A stretch of 64,000 nt of DNA from Eledone cirrhosa (taxonomy: Eukaryota): positions 30,318,001 to 30,382,000 of the forward strand of contig OZ024757.1 in assembly GCA_964016885.1 (NCBI GenBank), written 5' to 3'. The notes below the pieces were generated by a model. The model was not told where the DNA came from, searched no databases, and saw only the letters and a list, made by a program, of their open reading frames with translations. Numbering within the stretch: the stretch's first letter is position 1; each line of letters starts with the position of its first letter. Positions 12,569 through 26,027 of the stretch are shown in pieces. Both the position numbers and the translations under genes were made by a program.

Positions 12569-12830
12569 CTGAAACAGTAAATATGTAAAAATATGTAGTA
12601 GTAGAAGTAGTATTAGTAGAAGATAAGAGGATAGCAACGGAGACACACTGGAACAGCCATTCCATCTCGAGGGGCTTGCTTGCACTTGCAGGCAGCCAAA
12701 TCCTTTCTGATGATTTACAATTTGTTGAAAAAAAGTTTTAAATAATTCAAAAACAAAATAAATTTAGAATTTAACCCTTTAGCATTTACATTACTTTATA
12801 TTTACTATTGCATTTTTGTGGTAAAGGCTT

Positions 12831-12865
<35 letters not shown>

Positions 12866-13452
12866 AATTATTGTGTAAAGTGCTCAGGTGCACTACAACT
12901 CGTCAATATAGTACATAGAATAATACACAAATGCCAGGGAAGTACATGTTTGTATGTGTTAGCTGTAGTGTTGGCGGATCTCGGGAAGCATGGAGGCCTT
13001 AAAGGATGCAGCGTCTCGACAGCTAACAACTGATGCAGGTAGTTTGTTCCATGCTTCAGCAACTCTGAGCGTGAAATTTATCTTACACAATATCGAATCT
13101 GAGATTTTGATGTTATTTATTTTGAGAACAATACCTTAACATCAGTATAAGTGGCCAGTAACAGCCAGTTTGAACAGAAAGGTGAGAGGATTCTGGCCAG
13201 ATATGGCCGGTTTAACCCTTTAACATTTACATTACTCTATATATACTATTGTATTTTTGTGGTAATGGCTTTATCTTACATAATTATCTCACAAAATATC
13301 TAAGCTACGAGATTTTGATATTATTTATTTTGAGAACAATACCTTAACATCAGTTACGGCTGGTTTGAACAGAAAGAGGTGAGAGAATTCTAGCCGGATA
13401 TAGCCAATCTAAATGCTAAAGGATTTAAAAAAAGAATTGAAATGATACTAAC

Positions 13453-13585
13453 ATTTTAGTCCAGCAGCCGTCTTACTTGGTGCTGAATGCTGCACAACCT
13501 TAGTACCTCCATATAAAACATGGAGTTGACCATCAGTTTCCATGTTAAACACATGACTATGGTCTGTCAGATTCTCAACAGGTTC
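13453..13585 (-). CDS. ATP13A1: ATP13A1 exon 8
   Basis: EPVENL...LHVLYGGTKVVQHSAPSKTAAGLK. Confidence 0.93.
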
Positions 13586-14474
13586 CTACAAAGAAAAAAA
13601 AGAAAGTAAAATAGAAGTCATCATCATTATCATCGTCGTTTAACATCGAACTTCCACGCTAACATGGGTAGGATGGACTGTCCATTTGTGAGGGATCAGG
13701 TCGGAGGACTGTGATTCGCTCACACAGAACTGTTTCTTGCTAGGTTTCTACAGCTGGATGCCCTTCCTAACACCAACCACATTTACAGTGTGTGCTGGGT
13801 GCTTTTTGTTGTGGCACCTACATGACCACTTTACAGTGTGGACCGGGTATTTTTTGATGTGACACCTACACAAAGACTTTACAGTGTGGGCTGGGTGCTT
13901 TTTGCTGTGTCTCCTACATGACCAATTTACAGTGTGGGCTGGATGTTTTGTGGTACCAACATAACTTTACAAGGTAAACATGTTTTTAGATATTTTCTGC
14001 TAAATCATTACAAGATGTTATAAGTTTTTATTCTATTACCACAAATAATCACATCTTGGTAGCACATGAGATGGTACAAAAGCGAGAAGACAGATCCCTG
14101 GCTTGTCTGTGGGCTTAACTCTTCCTAACAGAGAAGTGGATATTAAAACAACGATGATGATAATGGTGATGTATATGAAATTAAGTGTTTTGCTTAAGAA
14201 CACCACACACCCCAACCCAGTACAGGAATCAAACAGATGACATTATGATCGTAAGTTCAACACCCTTATCACTAGGCCAGCCATGTCCCTCATGGGGGTG
14301 AGAGTGGAGAAGAGGAAATGCCAGGAAGTCCTAGTGGAAGGAAGGAAGATGTAGAAGAGGTAGGCTGAGAAAGACTTTGGCAGAAATGGTAAAAGCAGGT
14401 TTCATGCTCCTGAACCTCACAATAGGGATGGCAATGGGAAGAAACAAGTGTAGTGACCACCACACACTACTTAC

Positions 14475-14581
14475 TTTCATAACTGGGACAGATTCCCCAG
14501 TTAACATAGATTCATCAACAATACAGGGACCACGCAACAGTAGTAAATCACAAGGTACCAGCTTTTCATCTTGAGTACGCC
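14475..14581 (-). CDS. ATP13A1: ATP13A1 exon 7 (A-domain TGES)
   Basis: [28 protein letters not shown]. Confidence 0.95.
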
Positions 14582-14699
14582 CTAAAAAATAGAAAGAATC
14601 CTAATTAGACTACTGACATGTTAGCTTGTAAATGTACATGTATATACATATGCATAGTTCAAGAGTAAACACAAATGATAAGATGTAGTTAGTGGTATA

Positions 14700-15070
14700 T
14701 CATCATCACCATTTTACGTGCGTTCTTCCACGCTAGCATGGGTTAGACGGGTTGTCCTGTTGTGGGCAGTGTCTGGTCGGCTGACCATGCCTTGCTCATA
14801 CAGGAACTGATTTGGCTTGATTTCTACAGCTGGATGCCCTTCCTAACACCAACCTCATTTACAGTGAGTGCTGGGTGCTTTTTCGTGGCGCCTACACGTC
14901 CACTTTACAGTGTGGGCTGGGTGCTTTTTTGCCGTGGCACCTCCACGACCACCTTGCAGTGGGGGGTGTGGGGGCATATTGTCTATATGCCTCAGCTTGT
15001 ACCCATGGGAGGTCGGGTACTCTATTACTGCGTGACGCCAGAGGTCACGGTCGTGTGTCATCGCCTTTGA
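14700..15070. mobile_element. SINE with RTE-type (CAT)n end and internal ~41-bp tandem units
   Basis: GCTGGATGCCCTTCCTAACACCAACC core. Near-identical copies at 20403-20740 and 47260-47640. Relatives at 1060-1245, 5965-6137, 9585-9750, 13620-13970, 21060-21275, 41065-41825 and 52257-52480. Confidence 0.85.
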
Positions 15071-15371
15071 GTATGTGTTTGTGTATATATATATATATAT
15101 ATATATACAGGGTGTCCCCCCTCAACAGCATTCTACTAAATTGTGTACGCATTTTTTTTGGACACCCCGTATATGTATATATATTCTATTATATATATTT
15201 CAAAGGTACCCTTGAAATATATATAATAGAATAAATATGGTTTTATAAATATAGTTTCCATTTATTTAATATCATTGAATATTATACTCCAGAAAACCCG
15301 TTGAGTGCTTCGAATCAGTTATAAACATATATATTTGTTGAATTACCAACAAATTAAATATCCCTTTTGCT

Positions 15372-15422
<51 letters not shown>

Positions 15423-15458
15423 ATTATATTGAAGTGCTTCTTGTTGCACATAACACAC

Positions 15459-15528
15459 CTATAGATACGATGTCGCCAGGAAGAAGTTCGTCACTGTAAA
15501 TTCCACGCCACCGCCTGTTTCGGTAAAC
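15459..15528 (-). CDS. ATP13A1: ATP13A1 exon 6
   Basis: VYRNRRWRGIYSDELLPGDIVSI. Confidence 0.93.
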
Positions 15529-16239
15529 CTAACAACGGAATAAAACAACAAACTTTATCAGCAATAAAGATAAAATGGTTATAGAATTCTAGCGATAACT
15601 AAGTTATTAAATAGGGGCAATAACCATCGATTGAGTCCTGTTATTGAGTTGGGTTTTTGTTTTGTTTTGTATTACAGGTTAGAATGTCAAATATTACACA
15701 CATATACAATATATGGAAATCTTCTTCACACCCACTTATTCCTAAGAGGGTTGTGAGAGCAGAGTCCTGAACCACTCCTGTCAAAAGCAGCCGTTTGCAA
15801 CTGATCCGGCTGGATCTCAAAGCATGACCAGCCAAGCTCATGAATGTTAGCCAACCATCTTGCTTGGAGTCTAACCGTGGGTATCTTGCTGGTTGGTTTT
15901 GCCCGTAAAATCTGTGCAGCAATTCTTTCCTGAGGCATTCTATTGTATCTAAACATATTATATATGTTTTCATATGCACCTCTATATAGAGAGGTACATG
16001 TGTGCACGAGAATTAAATGGAAAACAACACAATACAATGAAGATATGTATTAGTTTAATGTGTGATATAGTAGGAAGTATATTAACATTTCAGACAATAG
16101 TGCTTCATCAGAAAATAGAATGAGAAATAAAAAAAGAAAGATAGGGGGAAGGGCAGTGAGAAGAGGAAGAATTAGAAAAAATTTTTTTTTAAAGAAAAAG
16201 CATGTGTGTGTTCAGTTAGAAATATCTGAGTCAATTTAC

Positions 16240-16468
16240 CTGAATAATGTAAGGTTTATTTCCCATCTTCCTAATTTCAGTCATATTGCGAAGTTGCTGT
16301 TGTACAAGAGTTGCTTCAAAAGCTACCAACATGATTAAAGTAAAAAGACTGTAATACCAGTACTCTTCTAAACTCCACAGAGCAACACCAAACACTTGAA
16401 AGATAAAAAATGGTGCTGTAGCTCTTTCTTGAAACAACTCCATGAATTTAGGTACGACCATTTCCATG
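16240..16468 (-). CDS. ATP13A1: ATP13A1 exon 5 (TM1-TM2)
   Basis: [26 protein letters not shown]...[25 protein letters not shown]. Confidence 0.95.
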
Positions 16469-17295
16469 CTGAAATGGGAAGAAAATAAAAAAAGTGGTTG
16501 TGTTAGAAACAATAAAAATATACACCTTTAAAAGACCCCCTTTGGTTACGAATGACCATGGGTTTTGTATCTTGAAGGTTCCCTCTGAGGCACAAGTTCA
16601 GGCAAGGTTGTTTGCGTAAGACGAGCAGTCGCCCATACATACCAGTCTCCTCTTCTCCACACAACCAATGTTGCCCAAGGGAAAGGCAAATGCCGATACA
16701 GCTTGGCACCAGTGACATCGCAACTCATTTCTACAGCTGAATGAACTGGAACATCATGAAATAAAGTGTCTTGCTAAAGAACACAATGCAAAGCCTGTTC
16801 CGAGAATCAAACTCACAACCTCACGATTACAAGCCCGCCGCTCTAACCACTAAGCCTTCACAATAAAATGTGGTTAGAATGCCTCAGGAAAGAATCGCTT
16901 GTCAGATTTTATGGGGAAAACCAACCAGCAGGAGATCCAAGGGTAGACCCCGAACAAGATAGTTGGATAACACCCATGAGCTTGGCTGGTCTTACTTGGA
17001 GATCCAGCCAGAACATTTGGAGACGTTTGCTTTTAACTGGAACTGCTGGAAGGCGTGTTTGAGGATTCTGCCCTGAAGACCTTCACAGGAATATGTGGGC
17101 TAAGAAGGTTTATAATTCAAAGGTTTAGAGTATCTTTCAGAGTGGATAGATCATTGTGAAAATTTGCAGTAATAGAAAAAAAAGACTTCAATATTTAACT
17201 CTTAACATTCAGCATTGATTTAGCAGAAAATATCTAAAAATAAATTTCTTAATTCAAATGTTTATATTATCTTTACAAGTGGAACATCAGTATCA

Positions 17296-17330
<35 letters not shown>

Positions 17331-17610
17331 CATAGTTCAAGATTAAAAAAGAAAACACAGAGAACAATTATACAAAGTCTTATTAGTTTTACGCTTGAGG
17401 GAAAGGGAAAAAAAACCCCGGAAATTAATCAAGAGGAGTGAGGTAGGCAGGCAGGCAAGTAGGAATGCAAGTAGTCCGGTATGCAGTAGAGGGAGTGGTG
17501 TGGGAGGTCAAAGCGGTGGCAAAATGTACGAGTCTATCTTTGGTGCTGGTATTTACATACATAGATATATATACATCCTTCTCATTAATTAAATAATTCC
17601 TATAACTTAC

Positions 17611-17798
17611 GTGTTTTTTCCATACTTGTATTCAGCTGCTTTTATCTCAACTTCATCTGGGTAACCCTTCCATTCCAGAAATTGTTTGATACTCAAGTCT
17701 ATCGGGAAGTTGAGAGGAAGAAACTGTTTTTTCTCATCGGCATTGTAGATATATTTAGTTTTTTGGAACCAGAACCAAGCCTCTCTTTTTAAACTAGA
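17611..17798 (-). CDS. ATP13A1: ATP13A1 exon 4
   Basis: SSLKREAWFWFQKTKYIY...KGY..E...AAEYKYGKN. ttcAG/GTaagt. Confidence 0.92.
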
Positions 17799-17835
17799 CT
17801 GAAAAGAAAAAAAAAATATAAATATAAATATGGGT

Positions 17836-17906
17836 GATGCGTTGGTGTAATGGTAGCACAGTGGTCTGGATAACCAAAGATGTGGGTTTGACTCCCATGT
17901 ACCTCA
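17836..17906 (+). tRNA. Second, more degenerate copy of the tRNA-like cloverleaf
   Basis: Nearly identical to 38537-38607 with the same flanking sequence. T loop is TTTGACT. Confidence 0.45.
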
Positions 17907-18211
17907 ATACTCATCTTTTTCCATTTCTCTGAGGTTTCTAAACCCCATTATCAGGCTAAAATTTCTTTAGTAAAAATATATATGGCGAAAGCTTCTATTA
18001 ATAATTTCAAACTCGCTCGCTGTTTCAAAAACATACTTGTAAATATAAATATATTTCATTTATGGTGGATGGTTTAACTAAATGAATAGATTTGATCATT
18101 CCGATTAGCAGACCATAATGCAATTAGCAAAAGCACTCAACGTTATACAAAGCATCCATCGTGGTTGGTGCAGGATGAAAGGATAATAAAAAAGATAAAT
18201 ATTATTTTTAC

Positions 18212-18274
18212 CTTGAGATTTTCATCGGAAGATTCATTAGAATTCGGGTCCAAGGGTTGGCCAGAAGGCAGTAA
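18212..18274 (-). CDS. ATP13A1: ATP13A1 putative extra 63-nt symmetric exon 3
   Basis: Polypyrimidine tract plus ccAG, AAG|GTaaaa donor, open frame LLPSGQPLDPNSNESSDENLK, phase 0-0. No homology support. Confidence 0.55.
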
Positions 18275-18744
18275 CTGGAAAAATACGAAAAAAAAAGAAG
18301 AAAAATAGAGAGAAATTCTCTTGCACTTTGGTAGAGTCGTGTTTATAAATTTGACAAAATGCAACATCATTATCATCACTATTTTACATCTATTTTCCAT
18401 GCTTGCAATGGCTTAAGGGGTTGTCTCATTCTGAAGCCAGGGTTGTCTCATTCTGAAGCCAGGCATGTCAGATGACTGTGTCATGCTTACACATTCCATT
18501 TTGGCATGGTTTCTATGGCTGGATGCTCTTCCTAATCCCAACCACATTCATGGCATGTAGAGGGTTTGTTTTCCTATGACACCATCACTACCACCTGACA
18601 GGATGGATTGGGTGCTTTTTATTATGGCATCAGCACTGCCAGCTAACAGGGTGCTTTTATCACAAATAAATATTCCTGAATAAGTTTGACAACACAAAGA
18701 GAGGGGAAAAGTATTGTTTAAAAATGGAAGTAAAGAGGGGATGG

Positions 18745-19160
18745 GTATTCATGGTAGCAGAAAATAGCTGTGATTAGTTTGTGTGTGCGTGTATTACATC
18801 TATCTGACTGTCTACTACCATGAATGTGGGTTTGTGTGTATGTGCTTGTTGCTTCAAACGGACCCTCTGCTAAAATGAAAGGGGAGATTGTATATGCATG
18901 TGTATATATGTATGTTACATTTAGCTTGCTACCATGAAAGAGGAGTGGGTGTGCATACATGTGTGTTACAGCTAGCTGGTCATATTTTACCATGAAACAG
19001 GGGCATGTGTTACATTCATTTGGCCGTATACTACCATGAAAGAGGGGTGTGTATTTGTTACAGCTAGCTGGCCATATGCTACCATGAAAGAAGTGTGTAT
19101 GTGTTACATCCATATGGCCGTATGCTACCATGAAAGAGGTGTGTACAGCTAGGTTATATA
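18745..19160. repeat. Degenerate ~45-50-bp minisatellite
   Basis: Recurring CTACCATGAAA...GTGTTACA. Confidence 0.75.
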
Positions 19161-19164
19161 CTGA

Positions 19165-19440
19165 AGTCTAAAGTCTTCCTTAAGCCAGAAGGCTCATCAG
19201 ATCGGTGCTTATCCCGGATTCATGGCGTGAAGCGACTGAGAGTACAAGACTTCCCCCTGGATAGGACGCCAGTCCATCGCAGGGTTAAACCCCCAGTTGG
19301 TATTCATTTTCAGCTGAGTATACTGGAGCAACGTGAAACGAAGTGTTTTGCTCAAGAACACAATACGCAACCCAGGAATCGAACCCATGACATTATGATC
19401 GTTAGTCCAACACTCTTACCACTAGGCCACGTGCCTCCAC
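19165..19440 (-). mobile_element. tRNA-headed CORE-like SINE
   Basis: GGCACGTGGCCTAGTGGTAAG A-box, GGTTCGATTCC B-box, GTGTTCTTGAGCAAAACACT CORE-like stretch. Related copies at about 9750-9920, 16530-16855, 20886-21060 and 52480-52645. Confidence 0.75.
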
Positions 19441-19564
19441 CGTCATATACTACCACAAAAGAAGTATGTGTATGTGCATGTATGTGTGTGAGTGCTACAT
19501 CCATTTGGCCATTTGCTATCACTGAGTAAAAAAAACATTTCAATAGCTACCCGCCCATATTTAC

Positions 19565-19654
19565 CGTTACATGATTTAATGTCACCAATTCTGTTGAACC
19601 ATTATTGGGAGTTGGTACCACTTTTACCAGAGAAGCTTTAAACGGATCAGACAC
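19565..19654 (-). CDS. ATP13A1: ATP13A1 exon 2
   Basis: VSDPFKASLVKVVPTPNNGSTELVTLNHVT (conserved KVVPTPNNGS). tttcAG/GTaaat. Confidence 0.92.
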
Positions 19655-22600
19655 CTGAAAGTAGTGGCAATCAATGATAATAATTTATTTAATAACCACA
19701 AAGGGTTCACATGAATAAAAACAAGTATTAAAGACAACATAGGACAAAATATTCTGTGTAAAGGGGAGATAACAAAAACAATAAAAAGGAAATAATAGTA
19801 ATAACAACAACAATAAAAATAAATAAATATATCTGAAATTTTGATGAGAATTTCTCAAAAAGTGATAATTGTTTCTACTTTTGGCACAAGGCCAGTAATT
19901 ACCCCAGTGCATTACTGGTGCTTTATTTTATCGACCCTATAATGAGGAAAGGCAAAGCTAACCTCGGTGGGATTTGAACTCAGAACATACAGAGCCATAA
20001 CTCTATGTTACAAAGCATGGTGCATGACGCTCTACCGATACTGCCAATTCACCGCCCAAAGAGTAATAATGGTTTCTATAAGGCGGAAAATTGGCAGAGT
20101 CATGAGAAAGTCAGATAGAATGCTTCACAGTATTCATTTCAGCTCTCTGGTTCAAATCCCACTGGGGTCAACTTTGTCTTGCATCCTTTTGAGGTTGATA
20201 AAAAATTAAAGTACCAGTCTTCTAGTATTGGGGTTGATTTTTTTCGATATCTTTCTCAATTCCATTCTTTTACTCTTTATCCTTCTCTGGTAGAAATTGG
20301 CTTATTCAGAGCTGGAGAGGAAAAATGAGCCCTGCCAGGTTTTAAAAATGCCCTAGAAACGCCATATGTCAATACGGTACCCCTACAACTCCCTCGGGAG
20401 TTCATCATCATCATCATCATCATCACCGTTTTACGTCCGTTCTTCCACGTTAGCATGGGTTAGACGGGTTGTCCTGTTGTGGGCAGTGTCTGGTCGGCTG
20501 ACCATGCCTTGCTCATACAGGAACTGATCTGGCTTGATTTCTACAGCTGGATGCCCTTCCTAACACCAACCTCATTTACAGTGAGTGCTGGGTGCTTTTT
20601 CGTGGCGCCTACACGTCCACTTTACAGTGTGGGCTGGGTGCTTTTTTGCCGTGGCACCTCCACGACCACCTTGCGGTGGGGGGAGTGGGGGCATATTGTT
20701 TATATGCTTCAGCATGTACCCATGGGAGGTCGGGTACCCTGTATTTACGAATACAAACAGTCCCATCTCATCAGTCAACTGCTAGAGATAATGTTGTTTC
20801 AATGCTTATTTTTTCACCCATATCTTTTATTCACTTGTATGTTTTTAATCATGCGGGACTCTTTTTTTCAAATATATATATATAGAGGCACATGGCTTTG
20901 TGGTTAGAGCATTGGCCTTGCAATCGAAAGGTTGTGAGTTCAATTCTCAGACCGGGTGATGTATTGTTTCCTTGAACAAGACACTTTATTTCACAGTGCT
21001 CCAGTTTACTCAGCTGTAGAAATGAGATGATAGGGACTGGGGTCCCTATGATTCCACTACAAAGTGGTCATGTAGGCACCACGGAAAAAAAGTACCCAGC
21101 CCACACTGTAAAGTGGACGTGTAGGCGCCACGGCAAAAAAGCACCCAGCACTCACTGTAAATGAGGTTGGTGTTAGGAAGGGCATCCAGCTGTAGAAATC
21201 AAGCTAGAATCAGTTCCCGTCCCACCCTTGCAAGCAGGGAAAAGCGGACGTAAAATGATGATGATGATGATGATGATATACATATGAGTATAAACAAGCC
21301 AAAACCTCTAGGCGGAACAGTCGGGTTTATATCTCCCTTTATACCTACTCTGCTTCTTCCCATGAATAGTGTACTACCATGATTTGTGGTCTCCCCAGTC
21401 TCTGCACTGCAGACTTTCAATATATATATATATATTACACATATATATATAAGCAATAATTGTTTCTACTTTTGGCACAAGGCCAGAAATTACCCAGTAG
21501 ATTACTGGTACTTTATTTTATCGACCCTGTAAGGATGAAAGGCAAAGTTAACCTTGGCGGGATTCGAACTCAGAATGGCAAGGGCCGTAACTCTATGCGT
21601 CCAACCCTCTACTGATACTGCAATAATGAACACCTATAATGTGCTACATATGGACATACGTAATGGCACCCATGACACCTGGACTCTCCCGAACTATTCT
21701 CCTACCCTCTCCAGCTTTCTTAAAATTCTTTTTTCTTTTTTTCCAAACTCCATTGTTCCACTTTTGTCTCTCCAAACTCTACATTTCCTGAAAAAGAAAT
21801 TATATCCAACATATTGAAACTCTCATTTATGGCTTCCGAAGCATAAAACTAATAAGATTTTGTATTTTTTGCATCCCTGTATGTGTCTTGTCTATTCTTG
21901 AACTATACATATATATATATGTGTGTGTGTAAAAAGTAAACAGAAATAACAGAGCAAACGACACAGTACATTGAAAAAATATATTAATTTAACGCTTGAA
22001 ATGGTAAGAAGAGCGTCTTAACGTTTCAGACGTGACTGTCTCCAAACATATATATATATATGTATGTATATATGTTTAGTGACAACCATGACTTGAAAAC
22101 AGTTGGTGTTGAGTCTTTCTCATAAATGCATCCATATTTGCTATTTCATTTTAGGTCAAATCCAATCTAGTGGATTTATGATTAAAGACCTTCCAGCTGT
22201 GATCATTCCATCTTTTCAGACATAGTGTATCTAGGGACTAGATGCCACGATAAAATGCCCCCACTTGCACCCTGCATGGGTGGTTTTATTTTATAGAACT
22301 AGAGCGGGTTTTGGTCATGTTGGTAACAGAAGTGTTCATGAAGAATTTTGAGAGAGATTAACTAAGACTATTAATTATTTCATTATTAAGAAAGTAACTT
22401 AACATATGGTTCTTATATAAAGGGTGAAGAATGGAGAGATGACTATAGCTGAATTTGAACTCAGAATGCAGAGAGCTGGACTGAATACTATGAAGCATTT
22501 TATCTTTTGATGTTCTAACGACTCTGCCAATTTGTGTGTGTATATATATATATTAGAAAAAAAAAGAGGAAGTTTCGTTTACATGTAAAAAATATTTATT

Positions 22601-22929
22601 GTGTATCGACCTGTTTTTTTTCTAATATACAGACGAGACTCTGCTTGTGCATAGAGTGCTTGCTTTGGTACAAGCACCAGTAATTCACTAAATCACCCGA
22701 GCTATATATATATATATATATATATAAGTACACTGACCACCACCACTTTAGATAATGTAGTCAGGAGAGTTAGGAGCATGAATTAGTTTATTAAATATAA
22801 ATTGGTTAAACATACTGAAAAAGACTAGATGCCTTAAATGAGAGGAAAAAATGAGGGGAGGAGCAAGGACAACTAGACAGAGGAAGAAAGAAAGGGGGAA
22901 GAGGACAGGGTGACAGACGCTACACCTAT

Positions 22930-23500
22930 TTCAGCTGCGCTCTGTGGACAAAATGGCAAAGGCATTTCTGTGGACAATGACCGATGACACCTGCGGCAAC
23001 AGCTACCCCACCTCACAGGGCTCCTTCCGACGGGCTGTATTTGATTCAATTTTATGGAGGAGGTCAGCTGTCTGGGGTGCGAAGATGCCTAAGGTCTTGA
23101 CAGCAACTGGTGCAAAGAAGAAGCAACTGGACAAGCTCTGGTTTTTGCTCGTCTTCCTCTTTTCTGCATCACGAGCTGCAGAACAGGGGTTTGTAGCCAA
23201 AGTGACTAAGTTGGACATGGAGAACCTGTTACAGGATGTCACATCCCAGATGAGGGATTTAATTCCTTTGAAAGGGAAGAGGGTAATTCTGTCGGGGTGC
23301 TTGCCATCACCACAGTTGAGGCCTACTGGCTCCAGTTGTGACAGGAAGCCGTCGTTGAGAGCGGCATGTCTGGGGATCTGGCCTGCGCTCTGGCAGCATG
23401 ATAATGGGTGCAGACTGAACTCATCGACGACAGCTCCACAAAGGCATTTATGTTGTATGTATGGAACCATTACTCCTCGAGTTATAGGGGCACCGTAGTG
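22930..23500 (-). mobile_element. CRE-like non-LTR fragment (CCHC finger plus restriction-like endonuclease)
   Basis: CLCG..D...HPLSC, RH.ALND, EP.GL..DGKHPD.ITLFPF..KSLIWDVT, AE.RK. Confidence 0.8.
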
Positions 23501-24774
23501 ACAAATGGCTTGTCTTTGGTAATTAAGCCTGGCAGAGCCCAACCATCCTCTCCCCATGTGTATATTACCCATGAAAAAGAAAAAAAATATCGAAATGGTC
23601 ATGAATAGAAATCTCTTGATCAGAGACCTGCTTGATCACAGCTGACATGAAGCTACTCAGCAACATTATATTGGTGGATTGGCAGAATCAATAGAGCGTC
23701 AGGCATCATGCTTTGTAGAATAGAGTTATGGCCCTTTACATTCTAAGTTCAAATCCCACGGAGGTTAACTTTGCATTTCATCCTTATGGGGTCGATAAAA
23801 TAAAGTACCAGTAATGCACTGGGGTAATTGTTGGCCTTGTGCCAAAAGTATATATATATAAAAGCTAGTAATGTTTAAACTTCTTGCTTAAATACAACAA
23901 CGTCTGCAGCAGGGCACGAAATCACGACCGTGGTACCTAGGATTTCAGTGTCTAACTTATCCATTCGGCCACTGCGCTTCACACTCGGGGTGGTATGAGG
24001 AGTGGTAGAGGAATATGATGACCTTGAAATATATTGAAATTAAAGCAAGTTCGAAACCAAAAAATATTTATAAAATCTTAATCGTGTTAAATAAATTCCA
24101 GTAATAACCCAGGTTTTGTTTCTTAGTTCATCAAAGTCTGCCTTTTCTTTTGTTTCAATATAAATAACACCAGTTAAGCGGAATTGCATTAAAATATATA
24201 TATATAACAAAGGAATTGTGGTAAGGACCCAGATGGACCATAACGCAACAGAGTACTCAATACTTAGGGTAGTATATATATATATAAAAGAAAATACATG
24301 ATAAAAACTACAGTTCGTCGTAAATCTGTTAACATTTCTATTTAGTTTTCAATGTCGAAATATAAACGCGCCGACACGATTTTAAAATCAGTTCCAATCT
24401 ATGTAAACGTATTACAATAATTTATATTGAATATCTATGTAGCAATAATTGGACGGAATATCAACTAAAATCTCATCGAAAAATAATTTTAATAAAAAAA
24501 AAAAAATTAAATTAATTTAATTTTGTAGAAACTCTTTACTTTATTTGAGAAAAATTAGGAAAATTTAGAATGCAAATTAATGATATTTAAACAAGCAATT
24601 AATGCTAGATTTTTATGGTTACGCTATTAAATATATTTTTTAAAAAATGTTTGCGAGTAAAAATGAAATTGACAATTTCATTTTCTCAGAAAGCGGACAC
24701 ATAATCTGTACTTTTAACAAATACCTGCTTTCTGAGAAAATGAAATTGTCAGATTTCATTTTTACTCCCAAACA

Positions 24775-24831
<57 letters not shown>

Positions 24832-25775
24832 ACCCTTATCGAGTCCTCTCTGGATTTTGGTCTTTGTATTTATTACTATACATACATACATACATACATA
24901 TATATATATACATACATACATACATATAAAAAATATAAGAGTTATGAATGAAATAATACCGGTTAAATGTGTATAAAATGAAGAGAGAGGAGGTAGGTTT
25001 AAGAAATCTTTTACAATAAAAATAGAACGGTTCTGATATAAGACGATCGAGGAATTAGGAAAACTACAGCAACCATATGGTTGATTTTTAAAAACATTAC
25101 AGCCATGTATATGCAGTAATCACTTGAATAACAGCGTCATTCTCTTGTGCAAAGCCTCTGGAGAGGCCACGCTGTTCTTATAACGCTAACTGAGCAATTA
25201 AGCACTTGTGTGTCTGTGTGTGTTAGGTACGTGGTGGTGGTGGGTCACAGAGCCGACTGAGATCGACTTCAATTTTTCATTATTTCTTCTTGTTATTTTC
25301 GTTTTTTTACACGTTTCTCTTCCTCCTTCCATATAAAATCCACACTATTATCCTGCGTCGTCTTCGATCTTTATATAAAAACCTTGTTGTTTAGTAAAGA
25401 AATCATTATTTTTGTGGTAGAGGTAGTGACAAAATAAGAAAGGATCGATTAAGGACTAGAATTGATATAATCAACTATAACTTTCCTTGTGCTTGTAAGA
25501 AATCAGTGTGTGCGTGTATATATATATATATACACACACCGATATATATATATATATATATCAGGGAAAACGAACGTTAAATGATGACGATGATTATATA
25601 TGGATATAAATATACACATATATATATATTATATCATTCACACTCAACTTAGTTTTTTTTATAAGCTTCTCTAAATCAATATCTTTATTCAGGGACCAAG
25701 ATGTTCGATACATGTAGATTGATTGATTGGTTAATGAGTAGAAATGATAGGAGAGGCGTATGTATGAAAACTTAC

Positions 25776-26027
25776 CGACGTACAAGTGAGCGCACATTGG
25801 ATGTGAACAGACCAAACACAGAACAAACCTGTGAGGGTGTGTACAAAGACGATTATACCGACGGCAATAATTCCAGCGTCGAAATATTCTTCGACTCCGT
25901 ACACTATAGTCCAGAGATAAAACCAACAGATGTACAGAATTAAGAAAGGCCCCACAAACCCTCGCAATATGACAGGTCGGACGTTAAAATAAGTGAGACT
26001 TTTGATCTCATCATTTACATTCGCCAT
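25776..26027 (-). CDS. ATP13A1: P5A-ATPase ATP13A1 exon 1
   Basis: ATG at 26027. MANVNDEIKS...WSVHIQCALTCTS (N-terminal TM hairpin). GTAAG donor, phase 0. Confidence 0.9.
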
